This document shows, piece by piece, positions 15,201 through 26,700 of a stretch of 64,000 bases of DNA; positions within the stretch are counted from its first letter, which is position 1, and each line of letters starts with the position of its first letter. The stretch comes from Tubiluchus corallicola (lineage: Eukaryota > Animalia > Priapulida): assembly GCA_030141605.1 (NCBI GenBank), contig JAQGDQ010000041.1, positions 248,001 to 312,000 of the forward strand, read 5' to 3'. The notes under the pieces were generated by a model. It had not been told where the DNA came from. It saw only the letters and a program-made list of their open reading frames with translations, and searched no databases. Both the position numbers and the translations under genes were made by a program.

Positions 15201-17597
15201 AGTCAATAAATTTTGTTTGCAAAAAATTTCTATTTGCTTCTTATACAAAACTTTTTGCAGCGAAGTAACTACAGTAAGGTTCATCACTTGAAACATCTCG
15301 GCAGTGTGCTGCCAGACAGCTGGGTGTCAAGCCATTGAGTGACTCATGGTTTTTATTTGCTAGTAGGCAAAATGATCTTTCATTACGGCATGTTAACAAC
15401 TCCGGACGTTGCATGCCCAACAACTTTTTTGCAGCACTAGGAATGCATTTAGCAGCAGAATTAATTTAGAAATTGCTAGTAAAGGTGAAGTACGCAATGA
15501 AAACTTGCAAGTACATAGCATGGCAATGGGGCAATAGAAGGTCTGCAATATACAGTAGCCGAGCACGCTGTATTCAAAGCTATTACACTAGTTAAATAAA
15601 TGACAAAGGTTCGTTCTTTTTTATCAGTTTGCATTGAAGCTCTGTATGCAATAACCTATGTTCATCATAATGGTGTTATACTGTAATCAAACATTGGAAC
15701 AGTTCTCACGAGGATTTGCATCATGTCTGCTATTGCTAAATTTACCAACAAGGCTGGCTTTTCAAATTTTACTGAAGTTTTCCTGTCTGTTCAGTCGATG
15801 TCACGTATGACTGCTAGTTTAATTGTACATTTTATTGGTCAAATGCGACTTGATAGTTCCTGGCATAAGATATATCAATCAATAAAACAAATGAACTCAT
15901 GAAGTCCATGTAATGGACAGACAATATGTCTATTTTGTGCAAGTACTAATGATTCCACTAAACTGCTCATGGTCATCAAGTCAACACTTATTATATTCTT
16001 AATCAGAAAGACTAAACCTTGAGCGATTTGTATTTCTGGTGCAAAAAAGTTAATACAGTGTTTGCAGTTTTTACTGTTTGAGTAATATAATTAGATATAT
16101 ACATATATCTATATGTATACATATCTTTTTAATTCATACGGCAAACGTGCCTAAAAAATGCTCTTGCAGCTGTTTTATTCCTCCCACTCATTTAGCATAA
16201 AAAAGATCACCTCTAATTCCTGTTTCCTTTCTCCAAGCTAATGACTCATGTGCGCAGTCTACAGACATTCCCATATGATTATATCGAGCTTTGAGAAACA
16301 AACTGACGTAGAGGTCATCAGTGCGCAAGCGTTCTAAATCTCGGTCATCATAAACACCTTTCTCTACTTCATCTGTAATGCATTTCTGTCATTATATACT
16401 CGTGTAGTCTGTATACATTAATAAGTAATGCAGTTTTGCTCTAAAGTCTGAAGCATGTGAAAGTGTTTTTTATGTGTACTAAAATTTATTTCCAAAAATG
16501 AGAATATAAGAACTAATTTATACAGTTTAAACACTTTGTACATCTTTACTAACAAATACTAAAGAGTTACAGTTAGAAATGCACTACTAATGAATGCATT
16601 AGTTAGCACCTACAGTTAAAGAAATTTCTTTCTAAGTACGATCACACACACACAAAGAAGTTAATGTGAGTTATTAAGTTTAAATCAAGAAAAACCCACC
16701 CTTTTTCCGCTCAAAGAATTGTTCTCTAAATACCTCAATATTTTCTGGAGGTACCTAAAAAGGGAAAATGTAACAACAAACAGTAATACCAATATTGTGT
16801 GAAACAAATTAGGATTTCAGTTGCTATGCTGTTCCACTTCTTTATGTGTACAGGTTTGACACATCTAAAGCTGTTTAATGTCAGATAAACGAATAAAAAC
16901 ATTTCGCTAATATATTGCGCGAAAATCGCCAACATTAACATTTTGATGAGACATATAGACTTACTTTAATCCTGGATAATACAAGACTAGCAATAGAAAG
17001 CAGTTTAATTGCTATGGCTGTTGATGAGAAATAGTGACATCACGATAAAAAGACAGGAGGCAATCTCTCATACAGATACAAATACAGATCATTTTTATCA
17101 CATAGCTATGCAAAAATCATTCTGCAAGCCAGTATTCCAGCAACCTACGAGATGGCTCGTTCATTATAGTGACAGCCATGGTAAGATCAGAATCTACCTC
17201 AACATATAGGACCACTCTCTACAATGATAAAGTGAAACAACAGAGATGTTTTAGCCACCTACAGATATTACGGCAAGAACAGTGGTACAGTAGATGAATC
17301 TCCCAAAAGTAGTTCTTTCTACTGCCACTCATTCATTTACTAAAGATGTCAAAAATTACTGAACTTCACTGCTCACATGTGACCACTCAGCTCATTAGCC
17401 TTAGGCATTAGAATAAGAAAAATAGCAGCACCTTTCAAAGATTTTTTTGTCAGATTTCTCACTTCAGTGTTTATTATCTACTTACAAAAAAACAGAACAC
17501 CAGATGCATATTATAAATTATTTCTTAAGTTTTAAAAAAGTTACATAAAATTTAATTAAACTATACATACTGTGGGATTTTCGACACTATCTGCCAT
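210..17597 (-). CDS. MOSPD2: Motile sperm domain-containing protein 2 (CRAL-TRIO/Sec14 + MSP domain), multi-exon, 3'-partial
   Basis: Phase-consistent exons (minus): 17597-17571 MADSVENPT; 16754-16700; 16372-16211 YDDRDLERLRTDD..ESLAWRKE; 14556-14470 FYHGTDKLNRPL; 13837-13683 VVFDMAGSGLMNV; 12021-11961 or 11886-11826; 10748-10710 YLLVFELPWILQ; 8872-8748 AAWKIVKSWLSP..LPAHMGGT; 7916-7851; 3217-3137; 2719-2622; 2036-1940 INLVNITNKFLAFK; 1619-1523 VKTTSPQKYKVRPSSG (MSP signature); 836-710 DKFLVM..HEHR; 300-210. Total 456 codons with no stop. The C-terminal TM exon lies left of the window. Confidence 0.93.
1633..1741. repeat. 16-bp minisatellite (ACAATGYAGATGCAAT)n, about 6-7 copies
   Basis: Direct reading of tandem units just upstream of the acceptor of MOSPD2 exon 1619-1523. 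Confidence 0.9.
2103..2163. repeat. 30-bp tandem duplication
   Basis: aaaataataYcagtttatagaaaaaagtca x2. Confidence 0.85.
11826..11886 (-). CDS. MOSPD2: MOSPD2 alternative exon B (DLETINFMIYCFQSYFPNIL)
   Basis: ctttttag|61 nt|gtaaca. Same length and phases as exon A, paralogous peptide, open frame. Confidence 0.85.
11961..12021 (-). CDS. MOSPD2: MOSPD2 alternative exon A (DMDTIFFIVTCFKTYYPNIL)
   Basis: tttatctag|61 nt|gtaatt, phase 0 to 1. Matches the DMDFVRFIINCFKVYYP segment recalled for vertebrate MOSPD2. Confidence 0.9.
12660..12890 (+). repeat. Dispersed repeat, copy 1 (homologous to 34060-34280)
   Basis: Collinear shared blocks: tggtgagccag.ggtgcaca, ggtgcaaa.attttaaa.tt, ctaagaattttctttt, tctttcaaa, ttttcttcc. 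Confidence 0.8.
12908..13219. mobile_element. MITE-like element
   Basis: Ends gtgtgttc...gaacacac form an inverted repeat. Internal subrepeats (gt)aactcgc and ttcacact(ag). No ORF. Confidence 0.6.
15240..15500 (-). mobile_element. Possible decayed hAT transposase C-terminal (dimerisation) fragment
   Basis: Translation ..KKLLGMQRPELLTCRNERSFCLLANKN..NGLTPSCL loosely resembles the hAT 'P.T...ERSFS.L..IK..LR' motif. Highly degenerate. Confidence 0.3.
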
Positions 17598-19549
17598 TTC
17601 TATAAAATCAGTGTCATTTCACCCAGCAACGTGAATAGAAAGATTGTATAGGTAGTTCACTGGGTTCAGTACGTAGTAGATAAACCTGTACAAATAGACA
17701 AAGATTAATTATGCTACTACACAAGGCAAAATGTTATAGTAAAGGCAAAGTGCAATTTAATGTTTAATAGTTTTCACCTAATAGTATTGCAAGTAGGCAG
17801 CATGATCTAATTTACTCTGCAAAAACTCTTAGACTTCAGGCTAATAAATCCCTTCTTAATTTTTGTATCAGAAGGTATTCAATAAAGATAATTATACTAG
17901 CTTTAGTTCAACTATTTTTTATTTAATAATAAAACTTAAGAAAAAACCAATTTATACAAATAGTGGTTGGCAGTACTTTAATGAAGCTAAGCATTACGTC
18001 GTACGTGTCTAAATAATACTCCACACTAACTTTGTATAACATAACTGAAAATGTATTGTAGCTCATGAGTAACCAACTAGTTCTTAACAAATTTCAATAA
18101 ATGAAAATCTGTCTAATGCATCTATAGTTTTCTATGATATAAGCCTAGCGGCAAAGTGCAAAGCAAAGATCTCAACACAATTTGATAACCTCCTTAGGAT
18201 TGTTACCTATTCTACCAACTGTAATTAATTCAACAGCACCCACTAAAAGCCTTACTGGCCGTGAAGTCACTTAAGAGTTTGTATAAACCTTGCATACGCC
18301 AAAAAACTCACATGACATCAACTACAACTGTGGTATGCAAGCTGGAAAACAAATTAAGGGGCCTATTTTTGGAATTCTGAAATTCAACAACCTAGCATAT
18401 GTGCCTTAGCGGCAAAATGGCAAATAAGAATTTTCGAGATAAGTAGATAGGGTGTATAAACAGAATCAAACCAAATATCTGTGATCGTGGAAGGAACAGA
18501 TGAATCACAAATGATTACTATAATACACATAGGCAACTGCAAGTATTCATTAATAATTTACTATAGTAGAAGCGTGATATAGTACATAGCAGCTTCCAGT
18601 TCTTTTCTCCCTCAAAAAGTAACTGTGAATCTAGTTAAAACACAGTCTTTATATTTATACTCCTAAATACATCAGTTTGACATTGCAAACCTGCAGTACT
18701 CAGACACAAGAAAAAAGCACTCAGACACAAAATATCAACACAAGAAAAAGATTTGTATTTACTGACACAGCATATTATTAATTGGCATTCCAGTTGAAAT
18801 CTGCATTTAATAACAATTTGTTCCAACACAATATGGTTCCAACAGTTACCAAGCAGTGTTTAATTAAAAAATAAAATAAAACAGTCACATAGCCTGTTTG
18901 GTAAAATCATCGTGCCCATTTTAACTTCCGAAAAACCAATGCTCACTCCAGATAATATGAAAAACACAAATTGTTAACAATTTGTGTACTGAGATTCCTG
19001 CTAAACTGTGCTGACTGCATGGTGTTTCGAAAGTTTAAATGATAAAGAAACATTGTAATTGACGTTTGAATTATTGGAAACCAAAATTTTAAAGTAATAG
19101 CCCATTCACATCTTATGCAAATAAAGACCATCTATTTGTACTCAGCAAACTTCGATCGTGTTGCGCAGTCTAACGTAGCGATAGGAATCAACTGCTGTTA
19201 GCAGCTGATGCTTATAAAGGCTGTTTGTAGGGAACTTCACAACAGACTTACGTTATGAAGCACCGAAATATTTCAGCTAATTCAACAACTTATTTACTAG
19301 CACATATAATGGACTGAGTTGTTTAAAAACATTAGAAGTTTTTTAAAGAAAGTATTAAAATAAAATTTTAATCACTGATTGTTTATTTAAAAGAATCAGT
19401 AGCCAATTAAGCCTATTCAATTAATTAGCATTAATTAAATTCTACACAGCCCTTAATAAAGAAAATGATTTCGTTTACACCTAACGAATAATTAAACCTC
19501 ATACCCAGCTGTTTATTTCTTTTAAAAAGGACAAAATTTATAAGACATA

Positions 19550-19660
19550 AGAACTTTTATTTCAGACATAACAAGATATACAGATTGTTGTCAGTCGACA
19601 AATATTTACATAGTGTGAGGAAAGGTAACAACCATACGGTCTTTTACTCCCTTCCCCTAT
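19550..19660 (-). mobile_element. Short retroposon (LINE/SINE) 3'-end fragment, copy 1
   Basis: Shares tagtgtgagg-N10-accatacggtc and ttttatttcaSacat with 20998-21130. Hairpin followed by AATAAA on the minus strand. Confidence 0.55.
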
Positions 19661-20439
19661 ATAAAGTGAAATAAATAATTTTAATCAGTATTGTAGACAA
19701 TAATAAAGTTATTATTTATGAGTACAATATAATGGTGCTGTTTTTTCTTTTAATTTTAGTTTTTTCCCAGTAACTCCTTTAATCAAATTTTACATAATAT
19801 AGAAACCTGAATTACAAACAGAAAATAAAATAATTATACTATTTTGTAAAACAGGGAACTGCGAATTGCCATGAATAAAGAAGAGTAAAAAAGACATTTA
19901 CATATGTTTGATAAAGTAAAAACATGCCACACTAATTTGGTCTGCCATACTATAGAACTATAAATCAAAGTCAGATCGGTAAATCGGTGTTTCAGCACTT
20001 TTTATTTGATCTAAATAAAATAAATTTTACAATGTGTGTATCTGGCCAAGTACTATGTGAATTACGATGCCATTTATGCAAATACTTTGATACCCACGAA
20101 TCCACAAACGCCCGGTATACGAGCTGTTCACGACATACAACAAAGCACAATAGAAAAGTTAACAAACTACTTCAGTAAACGAGAGTGATGTACCGCGAAC
20201 ATACGAAAAGAAGCTGTGATTTCTTTACTAGGAGCTTAACTATATAAACGCGGTTGTTTATTATTAGTATTAGCATAAACGAAAAGTAAATATTTTGTAT
20301 TTAAATCTTTTTCAATGATATTTAACATCATTTTCAAAGAACATGGGTTTTAATTTTACCATGGACTAAATTACTTCCCAATTTACAAAATTTAGACAGA
20401 ACGACATACTGTATCAAACCATATTAATTGGTTGGACGG

Positions 20440-20620
20440 TTGCAGTAACGCACCGTCGACTTCATTTAATTTTATCTAGTTTATTTTGTACTGTTATCAA
20501 AGTGTATAAATAGGAAGTGACGAAAGCCGCCTAATGTTACGTATTTCCTTTTTGCGATTAGCGGCTATGCTGGCGGCATCAAACGGCCATTCAGTGAAAA
20601 ATTTGGAGCGCCGCATTGAC
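20440..20620. promoter_or_regulatory. CpG-enriched candidate promoter upstream of MOSPD2
   Basis: Local CpG enrichment in AT-rich DNA. AGGAAGTGACG (ETS / half-CRE-like) at ~20512-20522. TSS not determinable. Confidence 0.35.
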
Positions 20621-20934
20621 TGTAATAATAATATTATTAAGTTCACCAGTAGTGTTGGCATACGTGCAATTTTGATAAGCCAAAATCACTTTTGCGTTTT
20701 TAATAAAAGAAGTATATCTCAATTAAAAACAATTATTAGTTTAAAAAAACTGAAAACATTTCATGAAAAGGAAAAAAATTGTAGCAATAAGTTTGTAATA
20801 TGTACTTGCAAATGCCTGTTCAGTTTTCTTGTAAGTAAAATTTTATTGTTTTTCCTGAGGAAAGAGGCTAGCTGACTGCGTGATGGGCTGCCTGCTATGT
20901 AAAGAAGTAATGCATTTTTCATTGATTTATTGAT

Positions 20935-20984
20935 TTTTCTCTCCCCCCTCTCTTAGAGAGAAAGAGGGGGAGAGAGAGAGAGAG
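20935..20984. repeat. CT/GA low-complexity tract, imperfectly self-complementary
   Basis: tctctcccccctctctt..aagagggggagagagagagagag. Confidence 0.75.
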
Positions 20985-20997
20985 TTAAAAGAAAGAC

Positions 20998-21130
20998 GGA
21001 ACTATGAACTATGAATTTTATTTCACACATCAAAATACAATATTGTACACATAAATAAACAATAAATAAAATAATTTGAGTAGTGTGAGGTGAGTGTACG
21101 ACCATACGGTCATTAACACACTCACCTTAC
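20998..21130 (-). mobile_element. Short retroposon (LINE/SINE) 3'-end fragment, copy 2
   Basis: Minus strand: 9-bp stem hairpin, AATAAA, then (TTCATAG)2 tail. Confidence 0.6.
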
Positions 21131-21208
21131 TTAAATGAAAATGAAAAAATTATTAAAGATATGCGTGCTTTTGTAGATGACTCAATGAAATTGATGTAAT
21201 AAAGTAAA

Positions 21209-21363
21209 TGATGTAATAATAGCAAGGAAACATGAGAAAAACACAATATGGAATTACGATTTTGATATAAATATTGAAATAATTTTGAAATAAAGTAAAA
21301 GATGTAATGAACAGCAAGAGGAAACATGAGGAAAACTTAATATGTAATTACGATTTTGATATA
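21209..21363. repeat. Diverged ~90-bp tandem duplication
   Basis: gatgtaat..agcaag..gaaacatgag.aaaac..aatatg.aattacgattttgatata x2. Confidence 0.8.
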
Positions 21364-21890
21364 GGCGGCGATGAATGAATAATTTCATTTAAATTGATTT
21401 ATACCTTACTAATAAAGTAACAAAGGTCGTAATGGTACCGTAATGTACCTATTAGCAAAAGAAAAACATTAGTGCAAAAAATGACCAAATTCAAGCTGTC
21501 ATATTGTCCATGCATAACTCAATATGAGAAAAACATGCAAAATAATAACAATAATACTAAATAAAAATAATAAAAAACAAACTAAATAAAATGAAAAGCA
21601 AGCTAGCCAAACAGAAATTTAAACAAACTTTCAAATAGGGAACTGAATCAAGCTGCAAAGTACATGCATTAAAATAATACTAAAGAGTCTAATTAATAAA
21701 CAAAACAAAAGAACATTATACAAGTACATTTTTTACACGTAAGCAAACTGTATTTAATGAACATTTATTTTGATGTAAGCCTAACTGAATCTTAAAAAAT
21801 TAGGCCAAATATAAGTAATGTCTGCACATGATATTATAAGGTATTATGACACGCGTGCAGATTCTAATTTATGCTTCTCGCCTGAATTCT

Positions 21891-22706
21891 TTAACTAGGT
21901 TTTGACATAGTTAGTTGGTTGTTATAGAGGTGGAAGTTATGTCCGCTGCTTAGGATGACAGCTCTGATGTTTCCTTCAGTTATTTTTTGTTCACTGATAA
22001 TAAAAAAGAGGAGTAATGTTGTAAATACATCTCTGCTTGTTCAACGTAATTTTATAACTAACTCCAACTCATAACAAAGGCCAATGTATGATTATATGCT
22101 TTTTAAACATTTTTTAACTTGGAATTAACAAAACATGCAGATGTTTAGATTAAGTTATGTTCTGGAAAATTATTTGCTCTTCTGAAAAAATCGATTTTTT
22201 TCTATGAAAGGTATTACACATGAAAGTCAGGCCTAATATATCTTCAAGTTATATTTCCTGATAAGAACATATGAAATAGAAATGTTTTTTAGAAAAAATA
22301 TTTCTCCAGAAATCGAATACTACATGAGCCAGGTATTCTTTCTTTTGATCAACTTTCTTAACTTCTTTTGTAAATAAGCCTATTAATTTTTATGAGATAT
22401 GATTATAATAATTTTTATTTTAACTACAAATTATTCTTAACGCCTTATGCTTACTTTAAATAATATTCAAAAAGATAACAGCTGCTATAAATCGCCAAAA
22501 AAGAGAGATGTAGGCCTTGCAGTCTTTGCTTAGCGTACAAAATATTTAACTAGTAACAAAAGTTTCAAAACTGTGTTATAATTAACATTTTATTATAATT
22601 ACCTGGCTGCATCCTTGCGAAATTTAGATATCTTTTTGTGTTTTTGCAACTCACTGCTGAGCAATTTATGAGCGCCTGTTAACCGGGCTGGTTTTGATGG
22701 TCTCAT
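21891..22706 (-). CDS. Putative small spliced ORF (68 aa) or 5' leader exons of MOSPD2; unknown product
   Basis: Exon 22749-22603 (gttgtcag|..AG|gtaatt) and exon from 21993 (ttttttattatcag|) join in frame: MRPSKPARLTGAHKLLSSELQKHKKISKFRKDAASEQKITEGNIRAVILSSGHNFHLYNNQLTMSKPS*. No family recognised. Confidence 0.35.
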
Positions 22707-23552
22707 CAATTCATCTGCTACAGTACCCACAGCCTGCGCTGTTGCGTACCTGACAACAACAGGCCGTACTGAATAGCCGCTAGGGCGACACTAACTGCGC
22801 GAACTACTGCGCAGAGGACTTTCCCTACTTATTGTGTATACTTTGCTGTTATGGTGAATTTAATTATACGCACGCAATCTCTATCCTAAATATAATGTCC
22901 TTTAATTATTATTGCAATAATTATAAAGATTACATAATACGTTTTTGTCGTTAAACTGCATTACATTATTGCTTATTTAATGTTGTATATCAGTACCAAT
23001 TAGTTTCTACAACAAGACCGATTCCTCTCCTAGTAGCTTTAAACTTCCTGATAAACTTATGTACTTTCACAATTTAAGAAAAAACATGATTAATGTTTAA
23101 GGCTACGTATTTGTTAATACAAACCAAATAAAAAAGTATTTTAGAACAAAAAACTTTACGTGCAAAGTTATATGCTATTTATTAAGACGTAAGCTATAAA
23201 GGGTAGTTTATCCAAGTTTAATAATTATAACCATGGATCTACACACACATTGTTAGTAGATTCTGTATTGATAGATTCAGGTAAATTTGCCAGTCCTGAT
23301 CTGATAATATATGTATTGTGGTTTGGGTCACAAGGTCAGATTGGTCCATTGGTCCACCTCTTGAGTACATAAACTAGTTTTAAAATTAATATTTTTTTGT
23401 AACAACTGTTCACATATACAAAAAATCTCGAATTTACTAACTACTATTGTTTTAATATGACGACACTATACTATCCTTGCTTAATATAGCTGTAAAACAA
23501 GTATATTACAGGTTCAGCAAATAACTTATACAAGCAAATAACAACTACATAG

Positions 23553-23558
23553 TTTATT
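23553..23558 (-). other. Candidate polyadenylation signal of XRCC1
   Basis: AATAAA on the minus strand ~200 nt after the stop codon. Confidence 0.45.
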
Positions 23559-23755
23559 CTTAGTAAAGCTAATGCCTTAATTACAAACTAAACTGAACTT
23601 TACAAAGTCATCATGATCATGAGTGAAAATGACACAAATGCTCACTACACTGTTTCAAGTGGGATAAATACTTTTTCCAAGGAATGAACACTGTCTGCTA
23701 CTATCCACTAAAATAGAGTGAAAATATCACATTGTAATGTAACAATACCAGCTTC

Positions 23756-26700
23756 TCAGATAGCTGGTATAATTATATAAGGTTGGTGCGGCAAGAATCT
23801 GCCTTTCTCAGAGCAGTCGAAAATCCACTTTGGCTTGACAAACTGTAGACTTGAGTTTTCTGATAATGCCTGTTAATAAAAATATTAATGAATATAGTGA
23901 TGGTTTTATAATAATTACAATAGTTTTTGTCTTTGTTGATTAGTAATGAATTCATAACAATTTTTGTGAAGTAGTGAAATTGCAGAACTCACATCATCAA
24001 AGTTCTTATCCCATTCAGAACTCGTTACAACGTAAGACACGGCTGCATTCATATAGTCATCTACTGCCCTGCAAAAATATAAAAAAATTGTATATTTTAA
24101 GCAGCAGTATTCTAATATCAAATCAGTATGATGACGAATAAAGATAAACTGAATAAAATACACTTATGTATAACACAGCAACAACCATTTTTATATAATA
24201 TCACAGTTTTGCAAAAAATAAATTCTATTGTACAGTCATCCGAAACAGCCAAACTATAGAACTAATCAAAAATGGTGTCTTACACCTGTACAATGGCTAC
24301 AATTATAAAATGTAAAAAAGAAGAACATACACACCCGTTAAAGGCAACTATGTGACGCACGATTTGGCGTCTCTGCTCAGAGGTAAAATCACCATACAGG
24401 AAAAAGTGTTTACCTAAAAGAACAGCAAAACGAAATTATATAATACATTATTATATCGGGAACAAGCAGGTGCCAAATACCGGCGGGGGTGTTTGGAACA
24501 CATCCTCACCCTTCAGTTACTCGTGGATTACACACTGTGCCAAAAGAAAAAGCTTTTTGCAATCTACGTCGACTTTAGCAAAGCGTATGACAGAGTACCT
24601 CGTGGTGCTATTTTTACTACCTTGGCAGCTTTAGGATGTGGATATGCCATGATAGCGGCTATTTGTACCTTATATTCAGATAAGCAGATGATTTTAGGAA
24701 CGGCTACAATTATAGCAACTATTGGTCTTCGTCAGGGAAGCCCGACATCGTGTTTTCTTTTTACCTTGTACCTAAATCCGTTTGTGAGGCGAATTAAACA
24801 CGTGTGTGGAAAAACGTACAAAAAAGTTTGTTTCGAAGTTGGTAAGCCAGTGTCACGCTATGACAGATGACCCGTTTATGTTGGTATGGAATTTATATAA
24901 AGATCACGAACAAAGGGATACAAATATTTAGACAGTGTTATGTCTACAACGGATCATGCACAGACTGATGTAGAGAGACGAAAGACTCATGTCCGAGTTT
25001 CTGATCGTACAAAATGCAAGACTTATTTGGAAATAAATCCCAACTTGTCTATGCATTCAATGTATGGAAACACAGAATTACCTGAGCACAAACGTATAAT
25101 CATCACAAGAAGGGTCTCATCACACAATCTAGCTACAGAAACAGGTCGTTGGGAAAATGTACCTCATGAGCGCAGGCTGTGTCTTTGTGGAGAAATGCAG
25201 ACAGAAGAGCATTTTTTGTGCGAGTGCCATGAAAATGCACTTTATAGATCACTGTATGCGTTAAATTATAGTAATATTGCAAATTTATTTGATGGAGAAT
25301 TAATGTCAATTGGAAATTTCATTTACAACTGCTTGCATAGATCTTTGAATTAAATAGTATGGTTTCGTTAGCGGACATATAACCGCATCACTGTGATTAT
25401 CATATAGGTAAAATATTTGTTTATCACATGTGTACAAATGCTTAGTTAATAGTTTTTTGCTTCATAGAGTTTACACCTTGTGCAGCTATGTTGGGTCAAA
25501 TCGTTAGCATGATCTGGGAATCATTACCCGAGCTCTGCCCGCTGATAAAACCATCGGGTATGCGTCGGTTTTGTAATCTTCGTGTTGGAAATTTGATTTT
25601 CAGCAATAAAATATCTATCTATCTATCTATTGGCCCATTTTGCATTTGTCCGATTAGATACAATTTTTTGTCACAGTCGACATGAAAGATACATGCAAAT
25701 GAGTTTTTCCACATACACAAGTTAATTACATTTATGTCTTTAACTTGTCACACATGCTGATGTGTCACATTCGATATAACATGAAATTACACAGAAATTT
25801 GCATTGTTACTGTTTTCGGAAATTTTTTTTTTCAAAATTTTGTTGTTTTGTTTCCCGTCAAGTTTCTAATGCCACATGTATAAGGTTGCAATTCCACTGT
25901 GTCTGCACAGACATGCACATACCAATGTTTGCAAATTCTCGGCCCTCTTAAAATTACATGACCAAGATCTGGACCGAGACTGACTTATAGAGATCCCGCC
26001 AAGGTCAAAACTGATAATCACCTTATAAACACCGTGGCTGACTTACAGGAACTGATCTAAAATAGCAGAGCCTTGCATGCAACATTATACATTACAACAG
26101 ACACTAATTGAATATAAGGGAGTGGAAAAATAGAAAATTAGGAAACTATACACTGATGAACTGAATTTTCTGACAAACATAATGACAAATATTGCAATAC
26201 GATACATCCAGCTATCTCTATGATACAAAGCAATGACAAGAATGCACAACAAATAGTCCACACTAGACAATATTACAGCTCTGGAATTTGACATCATACA
26301 AAAACATTGTCCTGTGCTTTAGTTTTCACAAAATTAGAGCAGCGTTTTTGCCACAGGTAACTTTGCAATCGGCATACATGTACATTCTACCAGTCCTGCT
26401 AGCAAATTAGTAGCAGCAGGCACAGGATTTGTTGATTTATGGAGTCTATTGCTCAGGCATCTAACACAATGAAGCTTCAAACTATGTATAAATGGTATAT
26501 GTAGTCAATGCAGCCTTTACTTGTGGTGGAATGTGTACAATGTTAGAACTGTTTATCAGTGTTATCATCACCACAGTTGTCTCATTCCTCGCTGAGATCG
26601 AATAGCAAGATGAAGACTTTTAAAAAACTACAATCTCAGTGGGATCAAGAACGGTACTAGTCGAACTGCAAACACTGACACATCGTCAGACTTGTCTGCC

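Noticed and set aside
20534-20875. 113-aa plus-strand ORF as a divergent gene
   Set aside because: No recognisable domain, AT-rich low-complexity 3' half, no supporting splice structure.
26041-26062. 10-nt microexon (ttttag|ATCAGTTCCT|gtaagt) in XRCC1 intron 14
   Set aside because: Would frameshift BRCT2; cannot be told from chance without RNA data.
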